From: an uncultured Spirochaetota bacterium
GTDB lineage: Bacteria > Spirochaetota > UBA4802 > UBA5550
Direction: 5' to 3'
Assembly (NCBI GenBank): GCA_963827275.1
Contig: CAWHAA010000008.1
Span: 192,001 to 256,000, forward strand
DNA: 64,000 nt
Position numbers and translations under genes: made by a program. The notes under the pieces are model-generated. The model was given only the letters and a program-made list of their open reading frames with translations, did no database searches and was not told the origin of the DNA. Below, piece after piece: positions 39,074-48,782 of the stretch. How positions within the stretch are numbered: the first letter of the stretch is position 1; every line of letters begins with the position of its first letter.

Positions 39074-41041
39074 GTGCAATCGTTAACATTAATAGTAATC
39101 CTGGCCCTTGTGCCGGTACCGGTCATTTATTTCTTTTACCACCGGTATTTCCTGGTAAAGCCCAGCTATCTCTATCACCTTGAGTATTTTATCTACGGCG
39201 CCATACTGGCGCTCGTTCTGCTTCTGGCCGGCCCGTATCTTATCCCCGACCTGCCGCTTCATGGCGCTGCGGCGCGGGGGTTCCTGAGCGCTTCGCTGGT
39301 CGAGAAGGCCGGTGCCTTCATCTTCATCGCGATCCTGACCTACCGCACGCCGCCCCTGCTCATGGTGCTCAACATGGTAATCTCCGCAATGCTGCTCGGG
39401 CTCGGGTTTGCGACGATAGAAAACATCATGTACGCCGTCTCTATACGCGAGCCGGTCATCGCCGTACGGCTCTTCAGCTCGGTCCCCCTCCACGTGCTCA
39501 CCTGCGGGATCATCGGGTACGGCCTCGCGCTCATGCGTTTCAGCGGCTCGTGGGAGGGCAGGGCCCGGTATGCGCTCGGCGCGTTCCTGGTCCCGTATCT
39601 GTTTCACGGCACGTACGACACGCTCCTGATCGGCGGCGGCACCGGCACCTACTGGATCGCGCCGCTGCTGGTCGTGCTGATGGTCGGGATGGAGTACCTC
39701 CTCGCGAAATCGCAGACCCTCCCGCTCCTTGACGGCCTGCAGAAGCACCGCATCTCGATCGAGGAGTGGGCCACGATCCAGCGCGAGCCGCAGTACGAGC
39801 GGTGGATCCTCCGCTCCATGGGCTCGAAGAACAGGGAGTATGTCCCGATGGTCAGGCTGAAACTGGGCGCCCCGCGGGCGGCCATCATCATCGTGCTGCT
39901 CGCCGCCGCCGGGGCCTGCCTCGCGGGCGGCGATGTCGTCGCGGGCGCCTTCCGGAACCGGCTCAGCGGGGAAGAGACGGTCATGCTCTTCACCCTGCTC
40001 CCGGCGCTCTATTCCCTGAACCTGTTCACGGTCGGCGTGGTGAACCCGAAATATTTCCAGAATAGCATGATCCGGATCCCCATCATCATTGATGTGGACA
40101 TCGACGTCCCCGGGGCGGTCATCAAGACCACGACGTACCACGTCACGGCCGGCAGCTGTTACCTCAAGACCGTTGACCCGATCGCGCCGGGTACCCGCCT
40201 CTCGCTCACCTTTGCCTGCTCACAGATCTCCTCGCCGCCGGTGCGGGGCGTCGCAGTCTGGGACAGCCGCGATGACCGGAAGCAGCTCTCCGGCACTCTT
40301 GTACGGTTTACGGACAGGACGTGGCGGTACCGGCTCTTTATCCTTCGATACGGCCTCTACCGCGTGAGCCGCGGCCTCTTCTTCACCCTGCGCCTCCCCG
40401 GCTTCGGGAACATCCGCCGCCTCTTCGTACGGCCGGTGTCCGTGATGCAGAAGGAGTGGCGGTTCAGCGCGGGAGACACGCTCTTCAACCAGGGTGAAGA
40501 GGGGAAGGTGTTCTACCTCATCAGGAAGGGGAAGGTGGACATCGTCAAGACGCTTGACAGCGGTGAGACGGTGCACCTGACCACGCTTGCCGAAGGGGAC
40601 ATCTTCGGCGAGATGGCCATCGTGGGGGGCCAGCCGCGCATGGCGGCGGCGGTATGTAAGACCGACTGCCTCCTGGCGGTCGCCGAGGCGGACAACCTGG
40701 ACGCGCTCATAGAGAGCAACCCGGTGTTCACCCAGCGGCTCATCAAGATTTTCGCGAACCGGCTTCATTCATCCGAGCAGACCATGCTGAAGAGCATGGC
40801 GGACTTCGGCGCTGCGCACCGGCGGCGGGAAGAGGCGCTCGCAGCGCTGTGCAAAGTCCTTGCCGCTCTCGCGCTGCGTAGTCGCGGCGCGAAGGCCCTC
40901 AGCAGCTCTGACATCGGCGACCTGGCCTCGCGTTGTAATGTTGAACCCGGTTCCGTGGCCCGCATCATCACCGCCCTTGCAGGGGCGACCGGGAGCGAAT
41001 CGATGGACGCAATCGTAGAAGGCCTCATCGAAAAATTATGA
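39074..41041 (+). CDS. PrsW-like intramembrane protease domain fused to PilZ-like and cNMP-binding domains
   Basis: GLGFATIEN, VPLH, FHGTYD (PrsW-like); IRIP...PGTRLSLTF...GVAVW...GTLVRF (PilZ-like); LFNQGEEG, FGEMAIVGGQPRMAAA (cNMP). Confidence 0.8.
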   Translation: MQSLTLIVILALVPVPVIYFFYHRYFLVKPSYLYHLEYFIYGAILALVLLLAGPYLIPDLPLHGAAARGFLSASLVEKAGAFIFIAILTYRTPPLLMVLNMVISAMLLGLGFATIENIMYAVSIREPVIAVRLFSSVPLHVLTCGIIGYGLALMRFSGSWEGRARYALGAFLVPYLFHGTYDTLLIGGGTGTYWIAPLLVVLMVGMEYLLAKSQTLPLLDGLQKHRISIEEWATIQREPQYERWILRSMGSKNREYVPMVRLKLGAPRAAIIIVLLAAAGACLAGGDVVAGAFRNRLSGEETVMLFTLLPALYSLNLFTVGVVNPKYFQNSMIRIPIIIDVDIDVPGAVIKTTTYHVTAGSCYLKTVDPIAPGTRLSLTFACSQISSPPVRGVAVWDSRDDRKQLSGTLVRFTDRTWRYRLFILRYGLYRVSRGLFFTLRLPGFGNIRRLFVRPVSVMQKEWRFSAGDTLFNQGEEGKVFYLIRKGKVDIVKTLDSGETVHLTTLAEGDIFGEMAIVGGQPRMAAAVCKTDCLLAVAEADNLDALIESNPVFTQRLIKIFANRLHSSEQTMLKSMADFGAAHRRREEALAALCKVLAALALRSRGAKALSSSDIGDLASRCNVEPGSVARIITALAGATGSESMDAIVEGLIEKL

Positions 41042-41047
41042 CACCTG

Positions 41048-41076
41048 TTGACGTTCTGGAGAATTTTTATTATATT
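41048..41076 (+). promoter_or_regulatory. Sigma70-type promoter
   Basis: TTGACG-17 nt-TATATT upstream of the DsrE-family gene. Confidence 0.65.
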
Positions 41077-41116
41077 ATAAAATATAATATTCTAAAATAC
41101 TAAAATAGAGGTCTGT

Positions 41117-41485
41117 ATGGATGCTGAAAAGAAGATCACCTATATTGTAACCTACGGAGATGACAACCCTGAAAAGGCGACGATACCATTTATCCTCGCC
41201 AATACCGCCATGGCCATGGAGGTGACCCCTGTCATCATACTGCAGAGCAACGCGGTCATGCTGGCGGTAAAAGGGTTTGCGGAAAAGATCCATTTCAAGG
41301 AAGGAGTGTCGCTCAAACAGCTCATAGAAAACTACACCGGGGCCGGGCACAAGCTCCTGCTCTGCTCGCCCTGCGTGGATAAGCGGAACCTTTCGGAGAA
41401 GGACTTCGTGGACGGATCGATGATCGTGGGCGCCGCGCGGGTGAACGAAGAGGCCCTTTCGAGCGTCAATGTCATCACCTACTGA
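41117..41485 (+). CDS. DsrE/DsrF-like family protein
   Basis: TYGDDNPEKATIPFILA.TA.AM, LLCSPC, GAA; GAGG RBS. Confidence 0.85.
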   Translation: MDAEKKITYIVTYGDDNPEKATIPFILANTAMAMEVTPVIILQSNAVMLAVKGFAEKIHFKEGVSLKQLIENYTGAGHKLLLCSPCVDKRNLSEKDFVDGSMIVGAARVNEEALSSVNVITY

Positions 41486-41632
41486 TAGACGTGACGGTGC
41501 GGGAAATCCGGCACAGTCCCCGGTGTGGGGTGACTTTCCCGGATAAAAAAATAACAAAAAATTGTTTTTTCCTGTCACGAGGGCAACTAGTATGAGTATA
41601 AGATATACACCCGGAACGACAGGAATAAAACA

Positions 41633-42523
41633 ATGGATAACCCATTTATTGAAAAAAAAGGACAGGATGAGGATGACCTCAATCTCATCCGTGCGTCCCT
41701 GGAGGGAAACCAGGGGGCCCTTGAGCGGCTTATCCTGCGCCACCAGGCCTGGATATACAATATCGCCTTCAAGATGGTGATGGACCATGACGATGCCAGC
41801 GATATCACCCAGGAAATTTTAATAAAGATAATCACCAGCCTCTCCTCGTATGACCGCCAGAAGGGCCAGTTCCGCACCTGGGTGTACCGGATTGTTGCGA
41901 ACCACGTGATCACCATGAAACAAAAGAAATTTGAGCGGAGGATACACGATTTCGACCGGTATGTGTCCCTCATCGAACAATTGCCCGACCACCGCTCTTT
42001 TTCCCACCCCGAATCCGGTATCCTGGTCGATGAGCTCAAGGTGGGGTGCATGATGGGCATGCTGATGTGCCTGAACCGGATGGCGCGCCTGGTGTTCATC
42101 CTCGGCGCGGTCTTCAATGTCCCCGACACCTTCGGCGCGGAGATACTTGACATATCGCAGGGGAATTTCAGAAAAATACTGTCGCGGAGCCGCCACAGGG
42201 TCTACTCATACATGAACGGGGTCTGCGGCCACGTGAACAAGAACAATCCCTGCCGGTGCGCCTACAAGGTCAAGAACTTCATCGACCTGGGAATGATGGA
42301 CCCGGCGAAACCGAGGTACAACCGTTCGGGCTGCCCGCGGGTGAGCGAGGTCATAAGCGAGCGCCTTGATGACTTTACCCTGTCATTTTACACTCCGTTT
42401 CTTTCTCACTTCAGGGAACAGCCATTTTATGAGCCCCCTGACATGACGCAATGGTTTCGCTCGATGATCCAGAATGATGATTTCAAACGGCTCTTTGAGA
42501 TTGAGGACGCAACACATAATTAA
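41633..42523 (+). CDS. ECF sigma factor with Cys-rich C-terminal extension
   Basis: DASDITQEILIKI, FRTWVYRIVANH, CMMGMLMCL, FRKILSRSR, CGHVNKNNPCRC. Confidence 0.88.
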   Translation: MDNPFIEKKGQDEDDLNLIRASLEGNQGALERLILRHQAWIYNIAFKMVMDHDDASDITQEILIKIITSLSSYDRQKGQFRTWVYRIVANHVITMKQKKFERRIHDFDRYVSLIEQLPDHRSFSHPESGILVDELKVGCMMGMLMCLNRMARLVFILGAVFNVPDTFGAEILDISQGNFRKILSRSRHRVYSYMNGVCGHVNKNNPCRCAYKVKNFIDLGMMDPAKPRYNRSGCPRVSEVISERLDDFTLSFYTPFLSHFREQPFYEPPDMTQWFRSMIQNDDFKRLFEIEDATHN

Positions 42524-42534
42524 GGGAGAATTAT

Positions 42535-42969
42535 ATGGACGAATTGAAGCCGGAAATACTCAGGTCCTTCCGCATGGAGATGATCGGCACCGGGTGCTAT
42601 GACGCGCTGGCGCGGCGCTATGCGGCCAGCAGGCCCAAGTTGAGCGCGCGGTTCCGCGCAATGGCAGAAAGCGAGCGGGGGCACGGCAAGCTGTTTCAAC
42701 AATGCCATGCCGGCCTGTACGGCGCTGAAATGAGCGGTGAAGGATTCTGGCTCTTCGTGGGGAAGCTTTCAGCTTTTTCACAGGCGCTGCTGCCGTTGAA
42801 GACGAAGCTGAAAATATTGAGCGGGGTGGAGAAGCAGGCCGTCAAGGATATCGAGGCGGCCCTGGCAGCGGGCGGCGCCAGCGAATTCCATGACATCCTC
42901 AAGACCATCCTTCCGGATGAAAAGGAGCACGCGGCCCTCTATAAAGACTGGGTCAGCGGGAAGGTCTGA
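42535..42969 (+). CDS. Ferritin-like (rubrerythrin/Coq7-like) di-iron protein
   Basis: E...ESERGH...E...DEKEH paired ExxH motifs. Confidence 0.8.
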   Translation: MDELKPEILRSFRMEMIGTGCYDALARRYAASRPKLSARFRAMAESERGHGKLFQQCHAGLYGAEMSGEGFWLFVGKLSAFSQALLPLKTKLKILSGVEKQAVKDIEAALAAGGASEFHDILKTILPDEKEHAALYKDWVSGKV

Positions 42970-42996
42970 CGCGGGAGGGCATATCCGGCGTCCGGC

Positions 42997-44256
42997 TCAG
43001 GTATAATTCAGGGCGTCCAGCGGCTTGATGCGCGCCGCCTTCAGCGCCGGGTAGAGCGCAGCGACAAAGGTCGTGATGAATACGATCTCCGTGGCGACGA
43101 TGATGTCGCGCGGTCCGATCACCGGGTAGATGACGCTGCCGGTGCCCCACTTCCTCATCGTGGTAAGGGCAAAGGAAAAATCGATGCCGGTGTGGCCCAG
43201 GATGATGATGATCGGCACGCTGACCAGCAGGCCGAGGGCCAGGCCCAGGATCCCCAGGCTGACCGCCTCGAACATTACCATGAAGAATATGTGCGACGAC
43301 CGCGTGCCAATGCTTTTCATCACGCCAAGCTCATGGAACCGCTCGATAATGGACATGATAAGCGTGTTCGCTATGGAGAATACCACGGTGATGAACACGA
43401 TGACAAAGATGACGTACATCATGGCTTCCTGAAGCTGGATCGCGCTCACCAGGTTCGGCGCCATGTCCTGCCAGGAGAGGACCTCCAGAGCGGGGTCGGT
43501 GATTTTTTTCAAGAGCCGGTCCCGCACCGCGCCGGCCCGGTTTTTGTCTGCGGTCAGCATGGTTATCTCAGAAACGGCGTCACCCACCCCGGTGAGCTGC
43601 TGGAGCTTTGTGATTCCCACAAACACCACGCCTTTATCGAAATTGCCCATTGGTGATTCGAAAAAACCTGAGACGCGGAAGCCCGTTCCCACGATCTCGT
43701 TGTTCCTGTCCTGAAACATCAGTACCACCCGGTCTCCCCGGTACACGTCGAGCTTTTCCGCCAGGGTCTTTGATATGAGTATGTCGTCCGAGGCGGGGTC
43801 GCCGAGGTAGTGGCCCTCTCTTTTCAAGGTGTAGTCGTAGATCTTCGAAACCCTCTTTTCCTTTTCCGGATCTATTCCCCTGATCAACACGCCCCGCGCG
43901 CCCTCTCCCGAGCGGAGTATTCCCTTGGTGGCGAGCCGGGGGGCATGGGCCAGTATTCTATCCTCGCGGTCGATGGCGGTGATTGTCCGCCGTTCCGGGA
44001 TGAAGCGGTATTCCAGCTTTATGTTGGTGCGGAACCCTTTCCGGTGTATCGCCACATGGCCCAGGGCCGTATTGATGGTGTTGTCCACCATCTGGACCAT
44101 CATGCCGTTTATAAAGCCGGTCAGCAGGATCAGCGCGGATATGCCGATAGCGATGGACGTAATGACCACGAGCGAGCGCCTCTTCTGGCGCCACATGTTC
44201 CGCCATCCTATCAGAAGGAACGGGGCCGGGCTTTTTAATTTCTCCATGCGGTTCAC
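42997..44256 (-). CDS. ABC transporter permease, paralog of 6180..7415
   Basis: GWRNMWRQKRRSLVV, WQDMAPNLVSAI, YPALKAARIKPLDAL. Confidence 0.93.
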   Translation of the reverse strand: MNRMEKLKSPAPFLLIGWRNMWRQKRRSLVVITSIAIGISALILLTGFINGMMVQMVDNTINTALGHVAIHRKGFRTNIKLEYRFIPERRTITAIDREDRILAHAPRLATKGILRSGEGARGVLIRGIDPEKEKRVSKIYDYTLKREGHYLGDPASDDILISKTLAEKLDVYRGDRVVLMFQDRNNEIVGTGFRVSGFFESPMGNFDKGVVFVGITKLQQLTGVGDAVSEITMLTADKNRAGAVRDRLLKKITDPALEVLSWQDMAPNLVSAIQLQEAMMYVIFVIVFITVVFSIANTLIMSIIERFHELGVMKSIGTRSSHIFFMVMFEAVSLGILGLALGLLVSVPIIIILGHTGIDFSFALTTMRKWGTGSVIYPVIGPRDIIVATEIVFITTFVAALYPALKAARIKPLDALNYT

Positions 44257-44273
44257 ATCCTATGCCGTGTTGC

Positions 44274-45521
44274 TCACAGTTTCCGTATCGCTTCGATCGG
44301 CCTGAGCCGCGATGCGTGGCGGGCCGGTGAAATGGTGAACAGGACACTGACGATCAGCATCATGCCGGAGGTCGAGAGGATGTTCGATGGCTCCAGGCGC
44401 GCCGGGAATTTTGTCATTGATATGCCCCACACGCTCATCTGGTCCGCAAGGCTCGAGTAGTCGAGCGGATTGTAGGTGAAGTAGAGAGACAGGGCGCTTC
44501 CCAGCGAAGAGCCGAGCAGCACCCCGATGAGCGCGATGAAGAAGGACTCGATGTGCACCATCAGCCGTACCTGTCCCGGCGTGGTGCCGATGGCCATCAT
44601 GATGCCGAGCTCGCGAATCCGCTCGTACACTGACATCTGGATGGTGTTCATCACGCCGAACGCCACCAGCGTGAAGAGGATGAATTCAAAGATATAGGTG
44701 CCGAAATGCTTCATGTCGATGAACTGCACCATGTCCGGCATGAGCTCGTCCCAGCCCAGGACCTCGAGTCCGCGGCCGGCGAGGGCGTGCCTGAGCCTGT
44801 CGCGCGTCGCTTCCATCGTCATGCCGTCCCTGAGGCGCAGCGCGATCGAGTTGACGTACCCCATCATGGTGAATGTCTCCATGGCTTGGGAAAGGGGAAG
44901 TATGATCAGGGTGCCGTCATATTCAGGGTTGTCGGTTTTAAAGAGGCCGACCACGGTGAGGTTCGCCGCCGCGATGGACCCGTCAAAGCCCTGCGAGATC
45001 ATGGCGATCGTATCGCCGACCCGGACCCCGAGGTTTTTCGCCAGGATTTCTCCCACGACGGTCTGATTCCGGTCGCTTTTTTGCAGATAGCGCCCGCCGG
45101 GAAGGATGCGCGAGTGGATATTGGTAACCGCGCGCTCCCTGTCGGGATCGACCGCCTGTATGACCGCGCCTTCAGTGGTGCTGCCGCTTGAGATGAATCC
45201 GGCGGTGTGGAGCCTCATGCTGAACGCCTCTATTGACGGGATTGACCGCAGCGCTGAGAGCATGCTGTTGTCGGGCATGAGCGCGTAATCGATGCTCATG
45301 TTTTCCCAGTACCCTCTTTCATGTATCTGAATGTGGCCGGTGTTCGCGGAGACGGCGTCCTCGATCATCTGGCCGAACGCGCCCTTCTGAACGGCCTTCA
45401 TAAAGATGATCATGGCGCACCCCACCATGATGGTGAGGAGGGTGAGGACGGTGCGTCTCCTGTTTTTCCACACGTTCCGCCACCCGAGGGTGATTTCGAT
45501 GCGGGGGATGGTGACTTTCAT
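44274..45521 (-). CDS. ABC transporter permease, paralog of 7430..8680
   Basis: GWRNVWKNRRRTVLTLLTIMVGC, SQGFDGSIAAAN, ERIRELGIMMAIGT. Confidence 0.93.
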   Translation of the reverse strand: MKVTIPRIEITLGWRNVWKNRRRTVLTLLTIMVGCAMIIFMKAVQKGAFGQMIEDAVSANTGHIQIHERGYWENMSIDYALMPDNSMLSALRSIPSIEAFSMRLHTAGFISSGSTTEGAVIQAVDPDRERAVTNIHSRILPGGRYLQKSDRNQTVVGEILAKNLGVRVGDTIAMISQGFDGSIAAANLTVVGLFKTDNPEYDGTLIILPLSQAMETFTMMGYVNSIALRLRDGMTMEATRDRLRHALAGRGLEVLGWDELMPDMVQFIDMKHFGTYIFEFILFTLVAFGVMNTIQMSVYERIRELGIMMAIGTTPGQVRLMVHIESFFIALIGVLLGSSLGSALSLYFTYNPLDYSSLADQMSVWGISMTKFPARLEPSNILSTSGMMLIVSVLFTISPARHASRLRPIEAIRKL

Positions 45522-45585
45522 GATGATTACTCTGGCGTCATGTCGGCCGAAAAGTCAAGACGATTACGCCGGGGCGGCGCCCGGC

Positions 45586-46428
45586 TTACTCTGCATCACG
45601 GAACGTCGAGAGTCCCAGGCGCTTGCGCGCGGCCGACGCCATGTTGCGCGCGATCGAAAGCCGTTTCCCCGGCAGGTTGGCGACCCATGAACCGAAGCTG
45701 GTAAGAACGCTCGAATAGACGAGTATTTTCGGCTTCCGCGCCAGGCCTACAAGCTGGCGGGCGACGTCCTCCGGGGTCTTCGGCCTGGTGAAGAAGCGCG
45801 TGATGAAGTTCTGGTCCGGGTCGATGATGGTGTCCTGCGCCACGGGCCCGAACCCCGATTCCGCCGGCGAATCTGTCTTGATGTAGCCGGGAAAATATTC
45901 ACATACCGCGATCTCCGTGCCGGCCCACTCGGCCTGGATGGTGCGGGTCCAGCCGCACACCGCGGCCTTGGAGCAGACGTAGGGGGTGTAGAGGGGGACG
46001 CCGATCATGAACCCGGGCGAGCCGACGTTGATGATCACCCCGCGGCCCTGCTTCCGCATGTACCTGACGGCATGGTTCGTGGCAGTCACCGGGCCGACCA
46101 CGTTCGTTTTAAACGAGCGAAGAAGGTCATCGGACGTGACCTCGTCGGCACGCGCCACGATGATGGCCGCGGCGTTGTTGATCAGGACGTCGATCCTGCC
46201 GAAATGGCTCACTGTTTTGTCGATCATGGCCACGGCCTGCCGCTCGTCCGACAGGTCGGTGGGAAGCACGAGCGCGTTTTTCATCATCGCGGCGTTTTCC
46301 TCGAGATGCTCCCGCCGCCGCGCGGCCATCGCCACCCTGGCGCCGGCCCGGTCAAAGGCGAGGGCCGCGGCCTTCCCGATGCCGCTCGATGCGCCGGTGA
46401 TGAGCACTACCGCCCCTTCCATGTCCAT
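45586..46428 (-). CDS. SDR family oxidoreductase
   Basis: TGASSGIG, INNAA, YVCSK (YxxxK); start at 46428 or 46434. Confidence 0.92.
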   Translation of the reverse strand: MDMEGAVVLITGASSGIGKAAALAFDRAGARVAMAARRREHLEENAAMMKNALVLPTDLSDERQAVAMIDKTVSHFGRIDVLINNAAAIIVARADEVTSDDLLRSFKTNVVGPVTATNHAVRYMRKQGRGVIINVGSPGFMIGVPLYTPYVCSKAAVCGWTRTIQAEWAGTEIAVCEYFPGYIKTDSPAESGFGPVAQDTIIDPDQNFITRFFTRPKTPEDVARQLVGLARKPKILVYSSVLTSFGSWVANLPGKRLSIARNMASAARKRLGLSTFRDAE

Positions 46429-46622
46429 GGTCATTCCTCGCTTACGGTTATTTTCATGACAGCCCGATCGATGATGTTGCAGTGACAGGCATATTAATAT
46501 CAAGCTGTTTTTCAGATACCGTCGGGGGCGCTGAAGACAGCGGCCTTCGCCCGCCAAATGCCGCTTGACGCTGACGCTGTTTTGTGCTATCTTTATCACG
46601 TCAATCATCACAAGGAGACGGC

Positions 46623-47319
46623 ATGGACACCATAGGCGGTTTCATCACAGGGATCCTCGTCGCCGGAGCGGGCGCCCTGGCATGGTACTTATCGGGAAAG
46701 GGCAGGGCGCACGGCCACGGCCCGGCAGAATGTTTTCCTCTCCAGCATCGAGCAGATCAAGGCGATCGGCGAGCTTTCGGTGTTCAAGGTATACACCAAG
46801 GAGATCGTCACCGAGGTGGACCACGCCTGGGGGGAATTCGGGAAAAAATACCTCACCTGGATCATGTCGAACAAGAAGATGGCGATGATATTCGAGTTCG
46901 AGATCGACTTCAGGTACGACCTGCGCAGCCCGCGCTTCCGCGTCGAGGAGGACCGCGGCTCGTACACCTTCATCATGCCCGAATGCTTTCACGAGATCCA
47001 TATACGCGACATACATTTTTACGATGAGCAGAAGAGCAGGCTCATCCCCTGGCTCCTGCCTGATTTCATCAATAAAATCTTCACCGACGGCTTTTCAGAG
47101 GAAGACAAGAACCGCATCAAAGACGAGGCGAAAAAGCGCGCCGAGGAGCAGGCGAAAGGGATCATCGGGAAGCTCACTTCCGACGTCGAGCGTTCCGCGG
47201 CCCAGACCCTCAGATCACTGGCCGCGGCCCTCGGCGCAGACGACGTCAGCTTCGTCTTCAAGGACACCGGCAGGGATGCGGTGCGGTCCGTCGAGTTCAA
47301 TGACGAGCGGGCCGTGTAG
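46623..47319 (+). CDS. DUF4230-like membrane-anchored protein, split by a +1 frameshift near 46705
   Basis: AAGGAG RBS and TM start MDTIGGFITGILVAG in one frame; NVFLSSIEQIKAIGELSVFK...DFRYDL continues in the next frame. Confidence 0.7.
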
Positions 47320-47366
47320 CGGGGGCCTGGTGCCGGGCCCGGTCCGCGCCCTCAGCGGCAATCCTT

Positions 47367-48257
47367 TTACGGTATCTGCCGCGCCACGAATTCCCCGATC
47401 TCCCGGATTGACTGCCGCGCGGCAGGGTGCATTGAGGCGAGGGCCTGGAACACGTGTATCATGTTCGGCCAGATCTTGAGCTCCACGCTGGCGCCCGCCT
47501 TCGCCGCCCGCTCCGCCACGCCCCGTGAATCGTCGAGCAGTATCTCGTCGGTACCGACGTGTATCAGGAGGGGCGGCAGGCCGGTGAAATCGCCGAACAG
47601 GGGGGACACGGCGGGCCGCGCGAGGTCGCCGTCCGGCGCGTACATCCGCGCGAAATCGGGCACTACCTTCGACGGCAGCAGCGGGTCCTTCCTGCTGTTG
47701 TTCCTGAACGACGCGCTTGAGCAGGTCAGGTCGGCCCAGGGGGACAGGCATACCGCGCAGGCGGGGAGGGGCAGCTTACGGTCGCGCGCTGTTTGAAGGA
47801 GCGCGAGGGCAAGACCGCCGCCGGCGGAATCCCCCATGACCGCGATCCGCGATGGCGGGGTGCCGCTGTCCAGGAGCCAGCGGTACCCGGCGAGCGCGTC
47901 TTCCAGCGCGGCGGGGTGGGGGTGTTCCGGCGCCAGCCGGTAGTCAAGGGAGAGCGCCCGCGCCGCCGAGGCGCGCGTGATGCGGCATATCATTTCGCGG
48001 TGGGTCCGGGGCGAGCAGATGACATACCCGCCGCCGTGCAGGAAGAGGATGGTCCGGCCGGCGTCGGCGCCCTGCCAGTCCACCCACTCCCCCGGGACGC
48101 CCCCGGCGTCGGCGGGGGTGACGGTGCATTTTTTCGGGAGCCTGACGTATTTCGCCACCATCCGCTCCTCCCACTTCCTCATGCCCCGGTATTTTCTGCT
48201 TTCGACCCTGCGGCTGTAATAGCGGATGATCATCCTCGCGATGGCGTACCGTATCAT
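47367..48257 (-). CDS. Alpha/beta hydrolase (HSL-family esterase)
   Basis: HGGGY, DYRLAPEHP, GDSAGG, EILLDD, HVFQ. Confidence 0.93.
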   Translation of the reverse strand: MIRYAIARMIIRYYSRRVESRKYRGMRKWEERMVAKYVRLPKKCTVTPADAGGVPGEWVDWQGADAGRTILFLHGGGYVICSPRTHREMICRITRASAARALSLDYRLAPEHPHPAALEDALAGYRWLLDSGTPPSRIAVMGDSAGGGLALALLQTARDRKLPLPACAVCLSPWADLTCSSASFRNNSRKDPLLPSKVVPDFARMYAPDGDLARPAVSPLFGDFTGLPPLLIHVGTDEILLDDSRGVAERAAKAGASVELKIWPNMIHVFQALASMHPAARQSIREIGEFVARQIP

Positions 48258-48290
48258 CGGAAAAGCTCCTGAACAATGAACATGTCCGGC

Positions 48291-48623
48291 CTACTGTTTC
48301 GTGTACCTGATGCCGTCGAGCGCCATCACCCATCTTCCGCCGGGATTGTTCGGCTTCTCCGTTATCTTCAGCGTGGATTTGATCGGGCCGACGCCGATGG
48401 TCAGCGAATCAGCGGTGATGGTCGTCCTTCCGCCGGTTACGCTGGAGTTAGACAATTTCAGGTCGCCGCCGCCGTCAAGGTAGACGACGACAAAGGTCCC
48501 GTCGTCGGCGACCCACTTGCCGGCGAACACCTTCTGGTCTTCTGTGAGGGGGATTTTTTTGCCGCACCCTGCGAGGGCCGCCGCGATGACAAGTGCGAAA
48601 ACGAATGCCGCTGTTTTTTTCAT
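48291..48623 (-). CDS. Small lipoprotein
   Basis: MKK...ALAGC lipobox; GGAGG RBS. Confidence 0.8.
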   Translation of the reverse strand: MKKTAAFVFALVIAAALAGCGKKIPLTEDQKVFAGKWVADDGTFVVVYLDGGGDLKLSNSSVTGGRTTITADSLTIGVGPIKSTLKITEKPNNPGGRWVMALDGIRYTKQ

Positions 48624-48782
48624 GGTAACCTCCCATGGTGCTGTTGCAGGGCTGTCAGTGACAGCATCCGCGAAGGGTACGTTTATTTTTCTTCCTGTCA
48701 ATGACAAATTTTCCCTGAACGGGAGCGGCCCGGCGCATGGGGACGGTTCTTCCCGGCCAGCGGCGGGGCGCCGCCGGCGCCG

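Noticed and set aside
41117..41488. DsrE-family protein as a selenoprotein
   Set aside because: The active motif is Cys-encoded (CSPC), and the terminal TGA is followed immediately by TAG
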